A program made the position numbers and the translations under genes. From contig CM022673.1 in the NCBI GenBank assembly GCA_012295275.1, forward strand, positions 27,652,001 to 27,716,000: a DNA stretch of 64,000 nt, in the 5' to 3' direction. Shown here in pieces: positions 1-64,000 of the stretch. The notes below the pieces were generated by a model. The model was not told where the DNA came from. It did no database searches and saw only the letters and a list, made by a program, of their open reading frames with translations. The number at the start of each line of letters is the position of its first letter. Position 1 is the first letter of the stretch. Source of the DNA: Chrysomallon squamiferum (Eukaryota > Animalia > Mollusca).

Positions 1-532
1 GTGTATGTGTTAATGTTCAGTGAATCAGTTATAATTTGGTCCATGGATAGATGGACTAATGATGGACTAATGATGTCTGGATGAGGCTGACGATGGGCTT
101 GGTAGATGATTTGGTAAACTGAAGAACAAATGAATGAATAATCGAAAGGATGATCGATAGGATGATCGAGTGAATGAAAGAGGTGATGAAGAGACTGATG
201 ATTTTTGTACGAGTTGTTCAAATAATCAGTAAGTCAGTAATAATAGCAGTAGCAGCAACAGCGTTTGCACTAGTAGTAATAGTACTGCATTTATAAATAC
301 AATAAATAAAACAGAGGACAGCTGTCGACTACACTCAAAATTATGTTCAGCATTTGAACTGATGATCTAAGTTGGAAATGGTTAGCGATGAGGATATCCC
401 GTTTTTAATAAAGTAATGATACTTGATAGGAACTCGTTCTTTTCGTCTTTGTAGTAATCTGTACACCCTTTGTGCTTTTGTTATGATTTATTATTTTTTT
501 TTATATTTATATATTTATATTTTCTTTTTCAG

Positions 533-589
533 GACGGTGTTCTGTTTACCGTGAAGTGTGGGAAGATTGGTACTGATGGTGAGGTTTGA
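533..589 (+). CDS. Possible terminal coding exon of a gene starting upstream of the window
   Basis: Strong polypyrimidine tract plus CAG acceptor ending at 532, then GC-richer sequence. It reads DGVLFTVKCGKIGTDGEV* (phase 0, stop 587-589) or RCSVYREVWEDWY* (phase 1, stop 574-576). The frame cannot be fixed without the upstream exon. Confidence 0.3.
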   Translation, partial: DGVLFTVKCGKIGTDGEV

Positions 590-2179
590 AGATATTGGAA
601 ACTGTATCTAAGCATCGGCAGTTAAACTATAAGTGATATTTAGCTGTTTTTGACTTAAGAATTCAAACAAGTCCTGACATATCGACGAGTTCTTAGCACA
701 TTACAATGCAGTTCTGAGACTGTTAGGGGCAAAAATGGGAGCACTATGATAAGATACTCGACAGCAAACAAAAAGAGCACTGAAAAGTTCTAAATGTCTC
801 GACACGAGGAGTGCTGGCCTTTCCGATTTTTCATTTTTCAGTGATGTTTAAAATATTGTTGTTTATAAAATTTATTGCAATTTCTATTACACAGTGTCAA
901 GTATTTTATTCACTCAACATACGTTTTTAATTGTATTTGTAAAATCGACATAAAAGAATTGAGTTGAATACATTATGAATGAATGCTTATTTTTTTAACT
1001 GTTATTAAAGCTCAAATATTTAGTTATTGCAGTGACAAAAATAACCTTCATCCGTCAAGATTTGAATCAAAAATTCCTTCTCGTTGAGAGAACTCAAATC
1101 GTGTATTTACTTACTTACGAATTTAATTTGTATGAAATTAGACCAAGTGGATGAAGTTCCAGTGTTTCAATTTACATCATTAACTGTATCAGTTCAGCTT
1201 TCATATATAAACAGATAAATGAGTGAGAAACAAAAGCAAAAACAAAACAACTTTCAGTATTTTTAATTACAGTTAACGTACATAATATCAGTATATAACA
1301 ACAACAGATAACTGTGATATAAGATTTAATTCACTTTGTGTATATTATGATGAATACTTCATCAGTGTATAATTAAACGATGTGCGTTTGTCGTAAATGC
1401 ATATATCCAACATGAAATATAACATGCGTATGAGAGAATACTGTATTTCTGACAGTAAAAAAATAATAAAATAAAAATATACAAAACTATAGTGAAATTT
1501 TTTCAACATTAGTATGGAATGAATTTCTATTTACTGATATCACCATTTTGAAATTTAATACTTGTGATTCTTTTTCTGACACTATTGAGCCAAACAGTGT
1601 CGAAAATTGATGAATTACACAAAAATCATTTGTTTCTCCACGGGTGTGAACTATACTTCTCGGACTAAATTACAAAATAAAACAGTTGTGTTGTAACTAT
1701 ATCAATAGCTATAAACACATTCACCGAAGCTATTATGAATCTATTTTGGGTCTCTTTATTACAATATCAACTCTTGCGTTTCAGAAGCCATTTTGATTTT
1801 AACTTATGTCACAATTTGTTTTTCATTTCATAAGCTATTATTAACTGAACCATTTTAATTTCGTCAGCTTTTTCACTACCTTTTTTTTTTTGGAATTCGA
1901 TGTACGAGGACAAGCCACTTAACAAGCAGTGAAAATTAATAATACGGTTAGGAACATATTTCAGAGACGCGCATACAGAAATGAAGAGACTAACGTACAA
2001 ACGAAATCATATACAGAATGATGTTATTCTCGCACACAACACAGAGAAAATTAATTGTACGGTGATGAAAATATTTTAGAAATGCTTACAGAGATATAAC
2101 ATTCTAGTGCACAGAACAAATGACCTATAAAAAACAACAAAAAAACAAACAAAACAACAAAAGAAGTCCCGTGTTTTTT

Positions 2180-23437
<21,258 letters not shown>

Positions 23438-23477
23438 GGCGGTGAAGATGTAAATGTCCATGACGCCTGCACCCAGG

Positions 23478-23519
23478 TTTTTATACGCAGCTCTTGGTGA
23501 CGTTTATGTAGTGACGTCA
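23478..23519 (-). promoter_or_regulatory. Gene A core promoter: TATA box plus full CRE
   Basis: TATAAAAA on the minus strand at 23485-23478, about 40 nt before the Kozak ATG (23437). Palindromic TGACGTCA at 23512-23519 and a TGACG half-site at 23498-23502. Confidence 0.6.
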
Positions 23520-24252
23520 GAATATCAGTAACACGATTTTTCTATATTTAGCCTCGGGTCATCCGATTTTCATGCATCGGTTATTGCAGATACGTCATGC
23601 AGTTAAAATTGACAGCGGCTGACACATTAAATGGGCTGTGTTCATGGTACGAATGATTTCACTTGTACATTTCAGTGTTTTATGTTTATTGTTTAGTGTT
23701 TTTTCATTTTTTCTGTGATCTGGTTGAGTTTTTGTGTGAACCTTAGAAACGGTTCATTTTAATGATGGTAAAAAAAAAAAAAAAAATTTTTAAATTAAAG
23801 ATTAAATAAATAAATAAATAAATAAATTTAATTGCAAACAAGAATGAGGTAGTATAGTTGAACTGCGAGTAGATCACGGTATACTAAAACAAATATTTAC
23901 TGTTTTATCATCATCGTAATTATTATCGTTGTCGCTGTCGTTGTAGCTGCAATTATTCTTATTAATAACATCATAATTGTTCTTTTTTGATGCTACTGTT
24001 GTTGTTGATGGTGATGATGATGTTGACAATGTTGTTGATAGTGAGGGAACAACTATGGATATAAAAAATACAAAACAAACAAAAGCAACGAATGAATGAA
24101 TGAATGTAACTTATAACGACTTCTGTTCAATATTCTCGCCTGTGGCAAATAGTATCAGCTGTCTCATACCGGCAGGGGATGGTTTAATCACTATTTTATA
24201 TTGCGATAATCATCCCAGTTTCAGGCAGGTGTCCTTTCTCTTTCATAAATAT

Positions 24253-24345
<93 letters not shown>

Positions 24346-24514
24346 AACATAAGCCCCTTATTAATAAAATAATGTGTGGAAAGAAAAAGGAAGAGAGAAC
24401 GTGTGTGTGTGTGTGTGTGTGCGTGTGTGAGTGTGATAGAGAGAGAGAGAGAAAGAGAGAATGGGACAAAAAGAGACAAAGAGACAGCAGAGACAGACAG
24501 AGACAGAGATAGAA

Positions 24515-24626
<112 letters not shown>

Positions 24627-26069
24627 AATAAAATAAATTTAAGATTTTAATATTCACCTGGCTTGGGGTGGGGGGGTAATGTCAGATGTTACAAGATTTA
24701 ATTTCACCTACTTGAAACATTAAGGTTTGGAAACCAGTTTGAAATTTAATACCCCTTGGTATGAAAAACAATAAACGACTGATGGCATACTGTCATGTTG
24801 TGTTTCCCAGCTTAAAGTTTACCTTGAACTCTTTATACCACACCCGTAATAAAGATACTATCTAGTTCACCAAGTATTTAATTTCCCATTATATAGTGTA
24901 TATGAATCTCTCAGTGAGTGCGAGTGCGTGTGTGCGTAAATCATACGAAATTAATCGACGCATGCAGTTATTATTATAAGCAAATATGCACTGATTCAGT
25001 TTAAATATTTTTAATTACAGTAAAATACTCGTTTCCTCAGTTCCGTTTTTAATAAAATTATTGAAGAAGAGAAAATATAAGAAGAATAAATGCAACATAC
25101 AAAAATAAATAAATAAATAAATAAATAAAATAAAATAAATAAAAAATAATAATAATAAAAATGTAATAAACAAGAAGTCAATCGGATCTGTTGATATTGC
25201 TTTTATCTTCTGGTTTATACTATTAAAATTAGACACACCTGAAATGCATTTAAGGTGATAAAATCCCCAGTATTTGAAAACGGTTTCCACTCACAGCAAA
25301 GAATATACATTACTGATTTGTTTACTGTGACGGTCTTAACTTTATTAAATGATGAGATTGAATTAATTATTAATTAACAGACGATTTCACTAGTCTTAAA
25401 TCTTCTCATTTCACCTAACTGAAAAAGAGCAAACCTTCACAATGATGTAGTTTCAACAAGGAAAGTTAAAAGTGATAATTGCGCATTTAAAAAGAAACCT
25501 TAGATTTTTAATTTCACTCATTGACTGGCTGTCCGCCTGACATGCAAAATCCTGAGCCATTATGTCCTGTTTCCCCAACAGAAAATGAATCACCAGTGCT
25601 GAATAAAGTGTAAACTGACGATGACAGAGAAATGAAGTCATAAAAACAATCTCGACTGGTTAATCCTCTGACTAATTCAGTAAACAGATTACCTGGACAC
25701 ACATCAGTGATTCGACACGGTGAATAAAGATTATAATCTGACCTTTCAGTGTCAGCACGGGGTTATGATGTTTAGTCGAAAATAGGTGAAGTGAGAAACA
25801 TTGAAAATAAAAACAAACCCGTAAGCCATAAAAACAAAAAAAAAAAAATAAATAAATAAATAAATTTTTTAAAAACCTGCCATTTTTTATGTCCAATGAA
25901 TGATCAAGGATGAGTGTATTGTGTATAATGTCCAGCAGCCGGTCAGTTTGACCATCACAGTGTTGCAAAATACTTGATTATTTTGTTTAATGAACAACTT
26001 GTGTTTGTTACGAAGAGTAGGAAGGGGAGACAATCTAGTGATTCGTTCGTCATTTCGGTTAGCTCTGAG

Positions 26070-26145
26070 ACTCTTGCAAGATTCGACCCAAGTACCTTCT
26101 GGTCTTGAATTCGATGAGTTAACCACAATACAATGAACCTTACCC
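26070..26145 (-). mobile_element. Decayed tRNA-derived SINE-like head
   Basis: Minus strand reads ..TGTGGTTAACTCATCGAATTCAAGACCAGAAGGTACTTGGGTCGAATCTTG.., giving A-box-like and B-box-like Pol III elements at tRNA spacing without a clean cloverleaf. Confidence 0.35.
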
Positions 26146-26321
26146 ATCCCAGTATAATACAAACTAGCAATAATAAACGATAATGACTTAGTTAATTGTT
26201 TTTCTCAGATAGATGTATGTAAGTAATTAGGCATATTGATTTGCTAAATGTATAAGGAATAATATATTTTATTATTAAATATTATCTAGAAAGATACTAT
26301 TACTGCTACTTCCACTGTCTA

Positions 26322-26400
<79 letters not shown>

Positions 26401-26560
26401 ACTGTAGTACACTTATACTTTTATATAATAAAGACAACAATAACAGTAACGACATTTTAGCAAAAACAAATACGATTATTATTGTTTTTGTTGTTGTTGT
26501 TGTTGTTACTGTTATTATTATTATCATTATTATTATTATTATTGTTATTATTATTTATTA

Positions 26561-26593
<33 letters not shown>

Positions 26594-26969
26594 GTTATTA
26601 TTATTTATTATTATTTATTATTATTTTATTGTTATTTTATTGTTATTTATTATTATTATTGTTGTTATTATCATTATTGTTATTATTACTATTATTACTG
26701 TAAGTATTATGACTGTTGCTGATGTTGATGTCATTGTTGTAGTAAATACTAAAAGATAAAACAAATTAAATTGTTATCATTGTAGTTTAAAGGAGATGGC
26801 GGATGTTGATTCCACTGATATTAATGTAGATATTCCCTTTCCTTTGTTACAGTGATCGTCACGTTGATAATTAAAAATGAGGACAAAGTAACAGCATTTT
26901 GCATCTGCTCGTTTTTCTAATTAAATTCCAGATCATTTGAAAGTTAAATTTTTATTAGTCTGTAAATAC

Positions 26970-26977
26970 TATATAAA
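26970..26977 (+). promoter_or_regulatory. Gene B TATA box
   Basis: TATATAAA about 55 nt upstream of the ATG at 27033. Confidence 0.55.
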
Positions 26978-27032
26978 CAGAACGTTAGATAAACGAAGCC
27001 ATAACTCTTAGCACACGCACCGAACCTGTAAC

Positions 27033-51583
<24,551 letters not shown>

Positions 51584-51589
51584 ACAGTG

Positions 51590-51663
<74 letters not shown>

Positions 51664-52249
51664 GTTCTTGCGTAAATAAAAAATAAAAATTTAAAATTAG
51701 TAGTTTAAGATAAGAAAAAGTAGTAATGTTATAAATATATAGATTAGTGTTTGGTTGGAAACCATGAAATAAAACTTTAAAAAAAAAAAAAAAAATGTTC
51801 TTGTTCTTTTATTTTTGTCGTTGTTGTTGTTTGTTTTGGGGGGATTTTTCGTTGTTGTTTATTTGTTGTTTATTGCTTCATTTTTTTTTTTTTCTCTTCT
51901 TTATCCTGTTTGATATATGTGAGTCATGCATGCATGTTAATGTGTGCATCATTTTTGGAGATAATAATGAAGGTTCCTGCTAAGTAACTATTTTTCATGA
52001 TTTATTTTACCCTTATTATTTATACTACTACTACTAGTAATAAATAAATAAATAAATAAATAAAATACAACAACCATAAAACATCTGTATAGTAGCTATC
52101 AAAGTGCCATCGCAAAGATATTTGTAATTTCTAATAAAACTGAGAAAAAAAAAAAAAAAAAAGGATAATAAAATTCACGTTCAGGAATCAGGTCCGGTTT
52201 AGTCTCAAACCCAACCCGGATGTTTACTAAAAACTGTCTTTACCATTCA

Positions 52250-52415
52250 GCCAATGAAAACAATCTGCTATAAATAAACCAGTTCGTAATAATAATCTAT
52301 AAATAGTTGAACCGCAACACCTTCTCTAAATGAAACAACAATGCACAGAGTGGATGGGAAACAAAACGAAACGAGGAAACTCGATCATTGTGATTGAAAA
52401 ACGAGAGAGAGACAG
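52250..52415 (+). promoter_or_regulatory. Probable promoter and non-coding first exon of the oxygenase gene
   Basis: CCAAT at 52251, TATAAA at about 52269 and 52298, and a donor CAG|GTACGT at 52415. The next acceptor (53125) lies 11 nt before the ATG. Confidence 0.45.
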
Positions 52416-52567
52416 GTACGTGCGTGTCTAAATATCATTTTTACAGTTTACCGCTGATTTTTGCTTGTACCTGTTTAATCGTACTTGTCACATGACTGCA
52501 AGATACGGCTGTCGAAATACTCAGTCTTTTGTATAATAATAATTAGCTGTGTTTGGCAAAGGAAATT

Positions 52568-52618
<51 letters not shown>

Positions 52619-52922
52619 TAAATAAATAAATATATATATATATATATATATGTATATACAAAGGAGCACACTCACACATAAAATAACATATATATGCTCT
52701 CTTATATGTGTAACTATACTCCTTTGTGTATACATGTGTATGTACATATAGGTAGCTAACAAACATATACTCACACATGTATATTTATATATATGTTATT
52801 TTATATCTATAAGTGTGCTCCTTAATATATACATGCATACATGCAAACATACATATACATACATGGATACATCTATAAAATTTAGTTATTATTATTATTA
52901 TTAATAAGGGGCTTATGTTCAG

Positions 52923-52994
<72 letters not shown>

Positions 52995-53136
52995 CCTTTT
53001 TCCCATTTCTGATTGAATGTGTTATGTATTTTTCTGTCACTCTCTCAGTTTCAACAATTTTTCACATTTATTTAAAATAATCTATAATTAGCATTTGTAA
53101 TAAGATCTGTTTTTGACATTTGCAGGTACTGTAGCA

Positions 53137-56893
<3,757 letters not shown>

Positions 56894-57162
56894 AGTCTTG
56901 TTTAAGCCTTGTTTAAGAAAATAGAGAAGGTCTCATGCTTTGTTCCTGATACCCCGAAGAAAATGAAAAATGTCTTGAGTCACAGCCACTGTTATGTTAT
57001 CCAAAAAAAATGCAATATATAAACTGTTACAGGTTTTGATTATTCCTCTGATAGGTAAACTGTTATTTGTGTTTTGATAGCACATACTATTATACATTTT
57101 ATGACTTCTGTTAATAATAGAAACTTTATTTTGCTTTGGTAATAATCTTATATATATATAAA

Positions 57163-57203
<41 letters not shown>

Positions 57204-58696
57204 CACACACATTATATTATGCATAGTATTATTACACATACATATTATCACTTCTGTTGGTAATACACATATAATAAACAAAATTTAATTATGTCTTCTG
57301 TTACTGTTTTATATTTTATACAAATTATTTCTTCTATTAATAATATTACACCTGTTAACAATACACATATTACACAAACTGTTCTGTTAATGATACAAAT
57401 ACAGAAATATTGTCTTCTGTTAACAATACATACACAACTTATTATTTTAATAATACATATATTATACAAATTGTTATTTTTGTTATTGTTAATAATAATA
57501 ATTTATTATATAAACTATTACTTCTGTTAATAATATAGTCATTATTTTAAAATAAATATGAAGGTTATATTATATTAATGATATATATATATATATGTTA
57601 TACAATTTATTGTTCTTTTAAAACAAATATAATTTATTATATTACTTACATTAATTTATTTCATTTATTAACAAATGTGATACAAAATCTGTTACTTGTT
57701 CATGAGGATTCTAAAGATTTTGTTATTTGTATGTACAGAACTATGTATGATTCTTTCCACAGCACAGAAGACAAAACAGTAATAATGCATTCCTGTGATA
57801 AACGTAGATTAGTGTGTATATATGTATTAGTTAACACTATTATATTAGCATTCATTATTACTATAATACATATGTTTCCCACCAGGAGATTAAGAAGTGA
57901 TGACAGTATTGATATATTTATATTTGGAGTTTTTGTCTTATTTATTTGTTTTTTTTTTAAAGATCATTAGTTTTTTTTTAAGATTATTAGTTACTGTATT
58001 AGTGACTGTATATATATATATATAAAGTATGATGCATCTCAGTATATGTGTATATATGCATTTATAGTGATTGTTATATTTTTATTTGTGCCTATTAAAA
58101 ACATTTCTTAGTGTATTTAGTATGTGTATAAAGTTATTTATTAGTAATGTTCAGGTTACACTGATATATATATATATATAGACAGATAGATAGATAGATA
58201 GATAGATAGACAGATAGATAGATTTCTTTTAACTTTCTGCAGACATATATCTGTTTTGGCGAAGTCCAGATTTCATAGCAAATCTAAATTAGTCATTTAT
58301 AGACCAACAGAGAGAGTTACATTATTACATGCACAAACAGACAGAGAGACAGAGAGACAAGCTGTCAGGCAGGTAGATAAATGAATCTTGGTAAAATAAA
58401 ACCTAAAAAGTATTTTTACAAAAAGAAATTGAAAAAAAAAAGTTTTTCCATCACATATGTCCTTATAATAATAGTCAAAAGCATTCTCCTGTTGTAGAAA
58501 AACGAATATCATTGGTAAGAATCTCTATGCTGTTTCTTTGAGTCAGTAATAAATGGGTATCTTTTTTCCTTAATTTTCGAAACTGCGTTCGGTTGTAATA
58601 ACGATGCAGTATCTTCTGCAGGTAAGTAATCTCGCATTCTTTGACTTTAAATGAAAACACAACACATTCTGCATTCCTCCAGTCTCTCTGTGATGA

Positions 58697-63987
<5,291 letters not shown>

Positions 63988-64000
63988 CTGGAAAATTAGT

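Noticed and set aside
23438-23461. Upstream ATG (MDIYIFTA..) as the gene A start
   Set aside because: It lies only about 17 nt from the TATA box, probably upstream of the TSS. The ATG at 23437 has a better Kozak context and begins the signal peptide.
26070-26145. Functional tRNA gene
   Set aside because: Only box A/B-like motifs are present; acceptor and anticodon stems could not be paired convincingly.

Overview
AT-rich, microsatellite-dense, intron-rich animal genomic DNA (an invertebrate; a mollusc-like lophotrochozoan is my inference from composition and gene content, not proven). Most of the six-frame ORFs are simple-repeat artefacts, so I rebuilt the genes by hand from splice sites. 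The window is dominated by a head-to-head pair of 35-exon paralogues (gene A, minus, 2180-23437; gene B, plus, 27033-51583). Each encodes a ~1,610-aa secreted protein: signal peptide, G8, GG/ILEI-like region and beta-helix core of the CEMIP/TMEM2 (cell-surface hyaluronidase) family, then a Pro/Cys linker, a WSC domain and three atypical C-type-lectin-like domains. That carbohydrate-binding tail is not part of vertebrate CEMIP/TMEM2. Gene A has a 1-nt frameshift in exon 16 and a GC-AG last intron. Gene B has three stop-containing decoy copies of the exon-27 acceptor. Downstream lie a small prolyl-4-hydroxylase-like 2OG-Fe(II) oxygenase gene (plus, 53137-56893) and the 3' part of a type-I membrane protein gene with a mucin-like stalk (minus, 58697 to the window end). 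Also present: several minisatellites (many at splice junctions), a decayed RTE-like LINE 3' end and a tRNA-like SINE head.
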